Source of the DNA: an uncultured Candidatus Rokubacteria bacterium
GTDB taxonomy: Bacteria; Methylomirabilota; Methylomirabilia; Rokubacteriales; DASRDR01
Length of the DNA stretch: 64,000 bases
NCBI GenBank assembly: GCA_963749975.1
Contig: CAVVOZ010000009.1
Span: 8,923 to 72,922 of the forward strand
Direction of reading: 5' to 3'
Both the position numbers and the translations under genes were made by a program. The notes below the pieces were generated by a model. The model ran no database searches. It had not been told where the DNA came from and saw only the letters and a program-made list of their open reading frames with translations. This document shows, in pieces, positions 14,090 to 23,224 of the stretch (the first letter of the stretch is position 1; each line of letters opens with the position of its first letter).

Positions 14090-16030
14090 GTGTGCGGGAT
14101 CGCGGGCCGCCTGAACTTCCGCACCGGGGCGCCGGTGGACCCCGGCATCCTGCACGGCATGGGCGACCTCCTCGCCCACCGGGGCCCCGACGGCGAGGGG
14201 TTCTGGCACCAGGAGGCCGTCGGCCTCGCCCACCGCCGGCTGGCCATCGTCGATCTCAGCGACGCCGCGCGCCAGCCGATGACGGCCGAGGATCCGCGCG
14301 TCAGGGTCGTCTGCAACGGGGAGATCTACAACTTCCGGGAGCTGCGGATCGAGCTGGAATCGCGCGGACACCGGTTCCGCACGCGGTCCGACACCGAGGT
14401 GCTGCTCGCGGCCTACGCCGCCTACGGCATCGACTGCCTGTCGCGTCTCCGCGGCATGTTCGCGTTCGCGCTCTGGGACGGCGGCCGGCGCCGTCTCCTG
14501 CTCGCGCGGGACCGAGCGGGCAAGAAGCCGCTCTACTACCGGCTCGACGGCGACGGGATCGCCTTCGCCTCCGAGCCCAAGGCCTTCCTGGCGGACCCCT
14601 CCTTCGAGGTACGGCCGGACGTGGCGGCGCTGTCCGACTACCTCACGTGCCACTACGTACCGGCTCCCGGGTCGGCGTTCGCCGGCGTCCGGCGGGTCCC
14701 GCCGGCCCACTACCTGGTGGTGGAGGACGGCCAAGTGCGTCTCGAGCGTTACTGGCGCCTCCACTACCAGCCGAAGCGCCAGCTGTCGGAGACGGACGCG
14801 GTGGCGGAGCTCCTGGCGCGCCTCCGGGACGCCGTGCGCTGCCGGCTCGTCGCCGACGTCCCGCTCGGGGCGTTCCTGAGCGGAGGGATCGACTCGAGCA
14901 CCGTCGTGGCGCTCATGGCCGAGGCCGGCGCGGCCCCGGTCCGGACCTTCTCGATCGGCTTCGAGGAGCGGGAGTACGACGAGCTGCCGTACGCGCGGCT
15001 GGTGGCGCGCCGATACGGCACGGACCACCACGAGTTCGTCGTCCGGCCGGAGGCGGTCGACGTCCTTCCCCGGCTGGTCTGGCACTACAACGAGCCCTAT
15101 GCCGACTCGTCGGCGATCCCGACCTTCTACCTGGCCGAGCTCACCCGGCGTCACGTGACCGTCGCGCTGAACGGCGACGGCGGAGACGAGAACCTCGCCG
15201 GGTACCGGCGCCACCTGGCGGGCCGGCTCGCCGAGCGCTACGCGGGCCTCGCCCGCCCCCTCCAGCGGTCGCTCGCGGCGCTGCTCGCGGCCATTCCCGC
15301 GCCGGGACGCGGGATGACCTACGCGCGCCGGTTCCTCGCAGGGCTCGGCGAGCCGCCCGCCCGTCGCTACGCGCGCTGGGCGAGCCACCTCGATCCGGCA
15401 TTGAAGCGGGAGCTCACGACCGAGGACTTCCGCCGGGCGGCGGGTGACCGCGACTCCCTCGAGCATCTGACGGAGGCGTTCCGCCAGGCCGAGGGCGCCG
15501 ACCTGCTCGATGCCACGCTCGCGGGCGACGTCGAGACCTATCTGCCCGACGACCTGCTCGTCAAGGTCGACATCGCGACCATGGCGCACGGGCTCGAGGG
15601 GCGCTCGCCCTTTCTCGACCACGACGTCATGGAGTTCTGCGCCAGCCTGCCGTCCGATCTGAAGCTCCGGGGGCACACGACGAAGTACCTCTTGAAGCGA
15701 GCGGTGCGCGAGCTCCTGCCGGCCCCGGTGGTCGACCGGCCCAAGCAGGGCTTCGGCGTGCCGATCGATCGCTGGTTCCGCGGGGAGCTCCGCACCATGA
15801 TCCACGACGTGTTGCTGGACGCCCGGACGCTCCGGCGCGGCTACTTTCGCGAGCCCGTCGTGCGCCGCCTCCTCGACGAGCACGGGCGCGGCGTGCGGGG
15901 ATGGCACTCCCAGCTGTGGAGCCTCCTCGTGCTGGAGCTCTGGCACCGGATGTTCGTGGACCGGCGCCCCGCGGCGGGCCCCCCTCACGCCTCGGCCGTC
16001 GTCCGCGGGGCCGCGACCGCGGTGCCCTGA
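14090..16030 (+). CDS. asnB: asparagine synthase (glutamine-hydrolysing), AsnB/WbpS-like amidotransferase
   Basis: GTG 14090 followed by Cys2 (MCGIAG Ntn-GATase start), GGAGGAG RBS upstream. …LAHRRLAIVDLS…VCNGEIYNFRELR…SGGIDSSTVVALMAE… is the PP-loop synthetase domain. Confidence 0.85.
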   Translation: MCGIAGRLNFRTGAPVDPGILHGMGDLLAHRGPDGEGFWHQEAVGLAHRRLAIVDLSDAARQPMTAEDPRVRVVCNGEIYNFRELRIELESRGHRFRTRSDTEVLLAAYAAYGIDCLSRLRGMFAFALWDGGRRRLLLARDRAGKKPLYYRLDGDGIAFASEPKAFLADPSFEVRPDVAALSDYLTCHYVPAPGSAFAGVRRVPPAHYLVVEDGQVRLERYWRLHYQPKRQLSETDAVAELLARLRDAVRCRLVADVPLGAFLSGGIDSSTVVALMAEAGAAPVRTFSIGFEEREYDELPYARLVARRYGTDHHEFVVRPEAVDVLPRLVWHYNEPYADSSAIPTFYLAELTRRHVTVALNGDGGDENLAGYRRHLAGRLAERYAGLARPLQRSLAALLAAIPAPGRGMTYARRFLAGLGEPPARRYARWASHLDPALKRELTTEDFRRAAGDRDSLEHLTEAFRQAEGADLLDATLAGDVETYLPDDLLVKVDIATMAHGLEGRSPFLDHDVMEFCASLPSDLKLRGHTTKYLLKRAVRELLPAPVVDRPKQGFGVPIDRWFRGELRTMIHDVLLDARTLRRGYFREPVVRRLLDEHGRGVRGWHSQLWSLLVLELWHRMFVDRRPAAGPPHASAVVRGAATAVP

Positions 16031-16036
16031 CGCCCG

Positions 16037-17075
16037 GTGGGTCCCGTCGGCGTCGCGTTCGTCGTCTCGCTGGCTGTCGCGCTCGTCGCCACGCTCGCCT
16101 GCGAGCGAGTTGCCCCCCGGCTCGGGCTCGTCGTCGCGCCCCGGGCGGACCGCTGGCACCGCCGGCCCGTGGCGCTCCTCGGCGGCGTGGCGATCATGCT
16201 CGGGGTCCTGCCGGCGCTGGTCTGGGCCGGCGGCGGTCTCCGGGGTCGCCTCGCCGAGCTGACGCTCGTCGCCCTCGCGATGGGGACGGTGGGCCTCGTG
16301 GACGACGTCCGGCCGCTGCGTCCGCCGGTCAAGCTGGTGGCCCAGATCGTCCTCGCGGGCCTCCTGGTGGAGCGCGACTTCGTGCTGCGGCTCACCGGGG
16401 TGGCCGTCCTCGACGTGGTGCTGACCCTGATCTGGGTGGTCGGCATCACGAACGCGTTCAACCTGCTCGACAACATGGACGGCCTGGCTGCCGGCATGGC
16501 GGTCATCGCGGGAGGATTCCGGCTGGCCCTCTTCCTCTTCGACGGGGACCTGGCCGCGGCGACGATGACCGCAGGGTTCGTCGGGGCGGTGGTGGGCTTC
16601 CTCGTGCGGAACGCCCCGCCGGCCCGGATCTTCATGGGCGACGCGGGGAGCCTCTTCCTCGGCTTCTTCCTGAGCGGTCTCTGCCTCGTCGTCGACGCCG
16701 CGTACTACTCACGCGGGATCACCGCGGTGCTGGCGGTGCCGGTGCTGCTGGTGCTGATCCCCATCTTCGACACCACCTTCGTGACGGTCACGCGGCTCCT
16801 CCGCGGGCAGCCGGTCTCGCAGGGCGGGCGCGACCACACCTCGCACCGGCTGGTGGCGCTCGGGGGCAGCGAGGGGCGGGCCCTGGCCGTGCTCTACGGG
16901 CTGTCGATCATCGGGGGGGGCGTCGCGCTCCTCACGTACCGGGCCGATCTCGGGACGGCCGTGGTCCTCCTCCCGCTGCTCCTGGTGGGGCTGACGCTCC
17001 TCGGGATCCACCTGAGCCAGGTCGAGGTCGTGCGCGCGGGACCGGCGGCCCCCGGGCCGGGCGGCCGTCCGGCTC
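16037..17075 (+). CDS. glycosyltransferase family 4 polyprenyl-phosphate N-acetylhexosamine-1-phosphate transferase (WecA/WbpL-like); 3' end uncertain
   Basis: VGITNAFNLLDNMDGLAAG…IFMGDAGSLFLGF is the MraY/WecA family motif. There is no in-frame stop before the next gene; frame 2 stays open to 17959. The true C-terminus is near the last TM helix, so a terminal frameshift is possible. Confidence 0.7.
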
Positions 17076-17804
17076 GTGCAGGACTTCCCGTACAAGCGCG
17101 AGGTGGGATCGGTGGCCCTCGATTCGGTCCTCATCGTGGTCGCCTACTACGCGGCGTACCTCCTGCGCTTCGAGGACACATTCGCGGCCAACAAGCCCAT
17201 GCTGATCCGCACGCTGGCGCCGGTCCTCGTGTGCCAGCTCTCCGGGCTGGCCCTCTCGGGGGCGTACCGGGGGATGTGGCGATACACGGGCCTGGGGGAC
17301 GTCCTGCGGCTCGGGCGGGGGATCACGCTGGGCACCGTGGCGAGCGTCCTCTACCTCCTGTTCACGACGCGGTTCGCCGGCCTGTCGCGCGCCGTGTTCG
17401 TGCTCGACTGGGTGTTCCTCGCGATGCTGGTCGGCGCGAGCCGGGTGTCGTTCCGGCTGCTCGGCGAGGCGCTCCGGGCGCCCCGCGCGCGGCCCGGCCG
17501 GTGCTCGTCTACGGTGCGGGCGACGGCGGGGAGCTGGCGCTCCGGGAGCTCCGCAACAACGCCGCGCTCGCTCGGGACGGCGTGGGGTTCATCGACGACG
17601 ACCGGGCGAAGGCGGGCACGCGCATCCACGGGGTGCCCGTGCTGGGCCCGCTCGACGAGCTCGAGGCGCTGCTGCGGGCGCACCCGGTCGAGGAGGTCGT
17701 CGTCGCCTCGCGCAAGATCCCGACCGAGCGGCTCCGTCGCCTGGAGGCGAGCCTGCGCCGCGCACGGGGTGGTGGTGCGGCGCGCATCGATCGAACTCGA
17801 GTGA
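17076..17804 (+). CDS. membrane protein with CoA-binding Rossmann-like domain, homologous to the N-terminal module of PglF/WbpM/CapD or WbaP but lacking any catalytic domain; two frameshifts (~17485, ~17757)
   Basis: GTG 17076. VQDFPYKREVGSVALDSVLIVVAYYAAYLLRFED plus 4 TM helices are in frame 3. VLVYGAGDGGELALRELRNNAALARDGVGFIDDDRAKAGTRIHGVPVLGPLDELEALLRAHPVEEVVVASRKIPTERLRRLEA is in frame 2. The tail ACAAHGVVVRRASIELE* is back in frame 3. Confidence 0.5.
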   Translation: MQDFPYKREVGSVALDSVLIVVAYYAAYLLRFEDTFAANKPMLIRTLAPVLVCQLSGLALSGAYRGMWRYTGLGDVLRLGRGITLGTVASVLYLLFTTRFAGLSRAVFVLDWVFLAMLVGASRVSFRLLGEALRAPRARPGRCSSTVRATAGSWRSGSSATTPRSLGTAWGSSTTTGRRRARASTGCPCWARSTSSRRCCGRTRSRRSSSPRARSRPSGSVAWRRACAAHGVVVRRASIELE

Positions 17805-17876
17805 GCGTGGAGCCGCCGCCCACGCGGCGGGCGCGCGTCCGGGTCACGGGGATCGCCCCGGACACGGAGCGCGTCC
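17574..17876 (+). repeat. diverged direct repeat A (3' end of the CoA-binding-module gene plus a 35-bp segment of a UDP-sugar dehydrogenase N-terminus)
   Basis: 17574-17804 is ~85-90% identical to 20112-20342. 17842-17876 (ggtcacggggatcgccccggacacggagcgcgtcc) matches 20543-20577 with 3 mismatches. Confidence 0.7.
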
Positions 17877-17922
17877 AGGTCCTCCTCCATGACCGGCTGC
17901 GCGCTCAAGGACCGGCCCGGCG

Positions 17923-19689
17923 TCACTCGGCGGCCCGAAACAGCTCCTCGCCGCGCTGAAGACGCAGCGCAATCTGGTACGTCTGACGCAGCGCCCGCGG
18001 GGTCGGGCTGTGCGCCGCCTGGAAGCGCGCCAGGGCGACCAACGCGCGGCGAGCGGACGCCGGACGTGCGGCCTTGAGAGCCCCATACTGGCGCAGCGCG
18101 CCCTCCAGCTCCTGGTAGTCGTGGAACCCCGCGTCCTCCCGCAGGACGGCACGGCCGAGGCTCTCGATCATCGGCCGATCGTCGCGGCCGGGCCGGAGGT
18201 AGGCGTCCACGAGGCGGCCAGCGGAGGTCACCTGCTGCTCTCGATCGAGGAGCTCCAGCAGAGCCGCCGGCGCGTCGGCCGCCCCCGGCGGGACGGCGTC
18301 GACGGGCTCCTCGTCGGGGAGGCGGGTCGGCGGCACGTTCAGGAACCGATCCAGGTAGATCCTCATCGCGGCGTGGAACAGCCCGCGCGCCAGCTCGCGC
18401 GAGGGCGCTCGGAGCAGCGCCTGGTGGAGGGCGTTGCACGAGCTGAACGTGTTGTGGACGGTGTCCCAGTCGCCGAACTCGTTGCTGGTGGGGAACCGGG
18501 CGATCCGGAGGCTGCTGGCATGCGCCACGGCCTGGCCGAGCTCCGCGAGGGCGGCTCCCCGGCGCACGGCCATGAGGAGCCCGTCGACGATGGACTGGGG
18601 CTCGTCTCCCAGCAGAACCGCCACGAGTTCGTCGAATTCACCGGCGCGCAGCGGTGCTCCGCGGCTCGCCTCGTCCTCGGCGAGCGCCCCGAGCGTCTCG
18701 AAGGCGGGCTCCAGGAGGGCGGTCAAGTCGATCGGCCGCCGCCACGCGCTCCGTTCTTCGCTTCGCTCAGCGCGACACAGGCCGCTCACGACGCTCGGCA
18801 AGATCGCCGGCGCCTCGGTCCAGTCGAGATGATCCAGGAGCTCGAAGGCCTTGACGATGAAGTCCAGCGTGTGGCCGGCCTCGACGAAGTAGTGGTCGGT
18901 GACGGCCGCGAACAGAAGATCGGCCACGGCGGCCGGCGACGCCGTCTCGATGGCCGTGCGGAGCGCCCGCTCGGCGCCGTCCGCATCGCGTACCTCCACC
19001 GCGTCCCGGAACCAGGCTTTCAGCCGGGCCGGCGGTAGGCGGGTTGTGGGCAGGGGGTCGACACCGAAGCGCGGCGGCCGTCCGGCGCAGTCCTCGGCCA
19101 CTCGCACGAGCCCGTGGAAGAGCGCGAGCGGCCGCTCGTCCGCGCCCAGCATTGGCAGGACATTCGCCATCGCGGTCAGGATGCTGAGGCCGGGGCCCCA
19201 GCCGGCGGCGCGGTAGCGGGCACCGAAGCGGGCCCCCGCGCGCACGATCTCCCGGAGATCGGCGCCTCCGGCAACGAGGGCGAGGGCGGCCTTGGCCAGC
19301 CCGAGGGCGAGCTGGTCCTCCAGCCCCTGCTCGAGCCGGCGCCGCCACTGCGCTGCCAGATTACCGTCCGGGCTCACCTCGACGAACACGTCGCCGCCTT
19401 CGATGACCGTCGGATAGGGCCGCACGTCCCCCGCGAAGGGATCCAGGGTCCCGCCCGAAGCCAGGTCGAATCGGGCGTGATGCCAGTGGCAGGTCAACAA
19501 CCCGTCACGCACCGTTCCCCGGCTGAGCGGAAAGCCCATGTGCGGGCAACGGTTGTCCACCCCCCACGCTTGGCCCTCGTGCCAGAATACAGCCACGCCG
19601 TGACCGCCGGTGCTGACGATCAAGCACCCCTTCGCCTTCAGTTCGTCGACGGAGCCCGCGCGGACCAGGCGGGACTTGGCCTCACTCAT
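17923..19689 (-). CDS. Rieske [2Fe-2S] domain protein with ~470-aa C-terminal domain of unknown function
   Basis: ATG at 19689 with a GAAGGGGGG purine tract upstream. MSEAKSRLVRAGSVDELKAKGCLIVSTGGHGVAVFWHEGQAWGVDNRCPHMGFPLSRGTVRDGLLTCHWHHARFDLASGG carries the CxH…CxxH Rieske ligands. The remainder is helical with no recognised family. The track ORF 17923..20178 over-extends the N-terminus. Confidence 0.7.
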   Translation of the reverse strand: MSEAKSRLVRAGSVDELKAKGCLIVSTGGHGVAVFWHEGQAWGVDNRCPHMGFPLSRGTVRDGLLTCHWHHARFDLASGGTLDPFAGDVRPYPTVIEGGDVFVEVSPDGNLAAQWRRRLEQGLEDQLALGLAKAALALVAGGADLREIVRAGARFGARYRAAGWGPGLSILTAMANVLPMLGADERPLALFHGLVRVAEDCAGRPPRFGVDPLPTTRLPPARLKAWFRDAVEVRDADGAERALRTAIETASPAAVADLLFAAVTDHYFVEAGHTLDFIVKAFELLDHLDWTEAPAILPSVVSGLCRAERSEERSAWRRPIDLTALLEPAFETLGALAEDEASRGAPLRAGEFDELVAVLLGDEPQSIVDGLLMAVRRGAALAELGQAVAHASSLRIARFPTSNEFGDWDTVHNTFSSCNALHQALLRAPSRELARGLFHAAMRIYLDRFLNVPPTRLPDEEPVDAVPPGAADAPAALLELLDREQQVTSAGRLVDAYLRPGRDDRPMIESLGRAVLREDAGFHDYQELEGALRQYGALKAARPASARRALVALARFQAAHSPTPRALRQTYQIALRLQRGEELFRAAE

Positions 19690-19877
19690 CCGGTCGCCCC
19701 CCTTCAGGGAATGGTACCCCGACAGGACCTCACTCGGTTCCGCCCGCCCCGCGCGGCGGGGCGTCGCTTCGCGCCGGCCTCCACCCAGCCCCGGCGCGAG
19801 CCGCTGCCCGAACTCGCCACCGAGCGGTCCATCGTCCGGTGTCGGACGGACCCGGAGATCCGTTGCCCGCCACGCCG

Positions 19878-20090
19878 TTACGGACGGTCGATGGTGAGAT
19901 CCCGCCGGGCCGGGCCGATCGTCACGGTGAATCCGGCGATCAGGTCGAGGAAACTCGTGACGGTGAGCACCAGGAAGACCCCGGCCCCGGCCGCGTTGAC
20001 CAGCAGAAATTCGGTGAGGTAGGCGGCGAAGACGCCATCGTGGATTTTCCTCCACGCGGCGCTCCCGAACGGCGGCGCAGAGGCTCGCAC
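19878..20090 (-). CDS. small hydrophobic ORF (70 aa), possible membrane peptide or gene remnant
   Basis: MRASAPPFGSAAWRKIHDGVFAAYLTEFLLVNAAGAGVFLVLTVTSFLDLIAGFTVTIGPARRDLTIDRP with a TAA stop. It lies 190 bp upstream of the Rieske gene on the same strand. No family recognised. Confidence 0.25.
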   Translation of the reverse strand: MRASAPPFGSAAWRKIHDGVFAAYLTEFLLVNAAGAGVFLVLTVTSFLDLIAGFTVTIGPARRDLTIDRP

Positions 20091-20111
20091 CGCACCGTCC
20101 CTGGGCGACCC

Positions 20112-20342
20112 GGGACGTGCGGGGGTTCATCGACGACGACCGCACGAAGGCGGGCACGCGCATCCACGGGGTGCCCATGCTGGGCCCGCTCGACGAACTG
20201 GAGGCGCTGCTGGGGGCGCACCCCGGTCGAGGAGGTCGTCGTCGCCTCGCGCAAGATCCCGACCGAGCGGCTGCGCCGTCTCGAGGCGACCTGCCACGCG
20301 GAGGGGGTGTTGATGGTGCGCGCCTCCGTGCGCCTCGAGTGA
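20112..20342 (+). pseudogene. diverged second copy of the 3' end of the CoA-binding-module gene (direct repeat B, part 1)
   Basis: …GFIDDDRTKAGTRIHGVPMLGPLDELEALLGAHP / VEEVVVASRKIPTERLRRLEATCHAEGVLMVRASVRLE* is split over two frames. It has no N-terminal membrane domain. Confidence 0.5.
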
Positions 20343-20414
20343 GGAGCCGGCCGCTAACGGCGAGGCCGGCGCTTCCTTGACACCCCGCAAGGGGCCGTCA
20401 ATAATGACGCGGCG

Positions 20415-20699
20415 ATGACGAACACGGCGCCCCTGGGGGCGTTGGGAGCGCGCTTAACCGACGGACGTGCGGCGATCGGTGTGGCCGGGCACGGCTACGT
20501 GGGGCTGCCCTTGGCCGTGGAGCTTGCGCGCGCAGGATTCTCGGTCACGGACATCGCTCCGGACACGGAGCGCGTCCGGAGCGCCGGCCGGGATGAGAAC
20601 CACGTCGAGTGGCTCGTGACGCACGCCCGGCTCGTGTTCGACACGCCGAACGCCACGCGCGACGTCAGAGTGGCTCGGACCAGGGTCGTCCGGCTCTGA
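20415..20699 (+). pseudogene. N-terminal remnant of a UDP-sugar 6-dehydrogenase (TviB/WbpO/Ugd family)
   Basis: IGVAGHGYVGLPLAVELARAGFSVTDIAPDTERVRSAG matches the NAD-binding N-terminus (GxGYVGL…) of UDP-sugar dehydrogenases. It degenerates after ~60 codons and contains repeat B part 2 (20543-20577). Confidence 0.45.
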
Positions 20700-20716
20700 C
20701 CGGCGCGAGGGCGCGT

Positions 20717-21689
20717 GTGCGAGCGCTGGTGACGGGCGGGGCCGGGTTCATCGGGTCGCACCTCACGGAGGCGCTGCTCGCGGCCGGCCGCGAGGTGGTC
20801 GTCCTGGATGACCTCTCGACGGGGCAACTCGGGAACCTAGCGGGCGTGGCGGGTCACCCCCGTCTCGAGGTGGTCGCGGGGTCGGTCACCGACGAGACCC
20901 TCGTGCGGAAACTCGTGACCGGAGCCGACCTGGTCTACCACCTGGCGGCCGCGGTCGGCGTGCGGCTGATCCTCGATCGGCCGGTGGCGACGATCGAGAC
21001 CAACATCATGGGGACCGAGACCATCCTCCGGGCGGCGCTCGAGGGGCGGCCGCGCGTGGTCCTGGCTTCCACGTCCGAGGTCTATGGCAAGAACGACCGC
21101 GTGCCCCTCTCCGAGGACGACGACCGGCTTCTCGGGCCCACGACGAAGAGCCGCTGGAGCTACGCGTGCTCGAAGGCGATCGATGAGTTCCTAGGGCTGG
21201 CGTACCACCGCGAGCACGGGCTGCCCGTCACCATCGTCCGCTTCTTCAACACGATCGGACCCCGCCAGACGGGCCGGTACGGCATGGTGGTCCCGCGCTT
21301 CGTGCGCCAGGCGCTCGACGGAGGTCCGATCACGGTCTACGGCGACGGCTGCCAGTCCCGGTGCTTCACGGACGTGGAGGACACCGTGCGCGCGACGATC
21401 GCGCTCTCGCTGGCCCCCGCGGCGGTCGGCGAGGTGTTCAACGTGGGGACCACGCACGAGCTGACGATCCGGACGCTCGCCGAGCGCGTGCGCGCGCTGG
21501 CAGGCAGTGACTCACCGATCGTGCTCGTGCCGTACGACGAGGCTTACCAGCCGGGGTTCGAGGACCTGCACCGGCGCGTGCCGGACATCCGGAAGGCGGA
21601 GCGCGTGGTCGGCTACCGGCCCCGCGTGCCGCTCGACGAGACCCTCCAGCGTGTGATCGGCCATCTCCGCGAGCACCGGCCGCAGCTAG
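20717..21689 (+). CDS. NAD-dependent epimerase/dehydratase (TviC/WbpP/UXS-like extended SDR); 3' end uncertain
   Basis: GTG 20717. [36 protein letters not shown]…ASTSEVYG…YACSK…FFNTIGPRQ…GDGCQSRCFTDVED. Homology ends near …LQRVIGHLREHRPQ, but the frame has no stop until 21991. TAG at 21687-21689 is in the adjacent frame, suggesting a terminal indel. Confidence 0.7.
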
Positions 21690-21707
21690 GGAGGAGAGCG
21701 CCGCCGC

Positions 21708-22584
21708 GTGTTCGGTGCCTTGGTCGCCTCGCTCAGGCCGCGCCAGTGGACCAAGAACCTCTTGGTCTTCGCGGGCCTGATCTTCTCGCGGGGCCTCCAC
21801 GAGCCGGCGCTGGTGGCCCGCTCGGGGCTGGCATTCGCCCTCTTCTGCCTCCTCTCGGGGGGCGTGTACCTGATCAACGACGTGGTGGACGCCGAGCGCG
21901 ACCGGGCGCACCCGCAGAAGCGGCACCGCCCCGTCGCCTCGGGCCGCCTGCCCGTGGGGATCGCGCTGGTGGCGTGGGGTCGGCGTCCTGATCGGGACCG
22001 CGGCGGCCGCCTTCTTCCTGTCGGTCTCCTTCGGGATGGTGGCCGTCGCGTACGCGGTCCTGCTCACCGCGTACTCGGCAGGGCTCAAGCACGTGGTCAT
22101 CGTGGACACCCTGATCATCGCGGGCGGGTTCGTGCTGCGCGCCCTGGCCGGGGTGGTCGTGCTCGGGATCGAGCCCTCCTACTGGCTCCTCCTGTGCACG
22201 ATCCTGCTCGCCTTGTTCCTGACCTTCGGCAAGCGGCGCCACGAGCTCCTCGCGCTGGAGGCCGGCGCGACCGACCACCGCCCGATCCTGTCGGAGTACA
22301 CGCCGCAGCTCCTGGACCAGATGATCGCGGTGGTGACCGCGTCGACCTTGATGGCCTACGCGCTCTACACCATGGCGCCGGAGACGCACGTGCGGCTGGG
22401 GACGACGCGCCTGCCGCTCACGATCCCGTTCGTCCTCTACGGGATCTTCCGCTACCTCTATGTCCTCTACCGCCACGACCTGGGGGGCAACCCGTCCGAG
22501 CACTTCCTGACGGACCGGGCGCTCTTGGTCGACGTCGCCCTCTGGGGCGCGACGGTCATCGTCGTCCTCTACGTGGCGCCGTAG
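21708..22584 (+). CDS. UbiA-family prenyltransferase, decaprenyl-phosphate phosphoribosyltransferase-like; 1-bp frameshift ~21965
   Basis: GTG 21708. MFGALVASLRPRQWTKNLLVFAGLIFS…YLINDVVDAERDRAHPQKRHRPVASGRL is in frame 3. It continues …VGVLIGTAAAAFFLSVSFGMVAVAYAVLLTAYSAGLKHVVIVDTL…YVAP* in the ORF 22036..22584 frame. Confidence 0.7.
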
Positions 22585-22594
22585 CGCCCGGCGT

Positions 22595-23224
22595 CTAAGG
22601 CACGGCGACGCCGAACGCCCGCTCGAAGAGCGACCCCACGAGCCACCCGACCAGGGCGGAGCCCAGCGCGACGGAGGCGAACTCGAGGCCGGACCGCAGG
22701 AGGGGGCGGCCGGTGAGGATCCCCTTCAAAATACCCACGCCCAGGAGCACCGCGACCGAGAGCGCCCAGGAGAGGGGCAGGGCGAGCCAGCCCCCCAGCA
22801 GCACGAGGGGGGCGAGGGGAATGGCGGCACCGATGACGAAGGAGAGAAACATCACGACGCCAGCCTTCACCGGCTGGGAGATGTTGGCCGATCCGAGTCC
22901 GAGCACCTTCTCCTGGACCGTGCGGACCAGGAGCTCCCGGTGCCGGGAGAAGATCTGGACGACGCGATACGCCGAGGGGCGGTCGAGCCCTTCCCCGACG
23001 AGTGACTCGAGAAGAGCCTCCTGCGCCAGATACGGCTGGGCTGCCGCCAGCCGTTCCTGGTCGAGCAGCTCCTTCTCGAAGATCTCCTTCTCGGTCCGTG
23101 CCCCGAGGTACGAGCCCGTCGCCATGGAGACGCCGCCCGTGATGGCCGCGGCGATGCCCGTCAGGAGCACGATCGTCCGGTTCTGGGTCGCGGCCGATAC
23201 GCCGCTCAGGAGCCCGACCGTGCT
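22595..23224 (-). CDS. VIT1/CCC1 (vacuolar iron transporter) family membrane protein, N-terminally truncated/possibly pseudogene
   Basis: …[50 protein letters not shown]…GILKGILTGRPLLRSGLEFASVALGSALVGW matches VIT TM1-TM5. The region that should encode the N-terminal cytoplasmic segment overlaps the intact 3' end of the ABC ATPase gene and does not match. The nearest internal start is GTG 23170. Confidence 0.4.
   Translation of the reverse strand, partial: STVGLLSGVSAATQNRTIVLLTGIAAAITGGVSMATGSYLGARTEKEIFEKELLDQERLAAAQPYLAQEALLESLVGEGLDRPSAYRVVQIFSRHRELLVRTVQEKVLGLGSANISQPVKAGVVMFLSFVIGAAIPLAPLVLLGGWLALPLSWALSVAVLLGVGILKGILTGRPLLRSGLEFASVALGSALVGWLVGSLFERAFGVAVP

Noticed and set aside
18010-19038. 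342-aa plus-strand ORF
   Set aside because: Antisense to the Rieske-protein gene, with no homology features.
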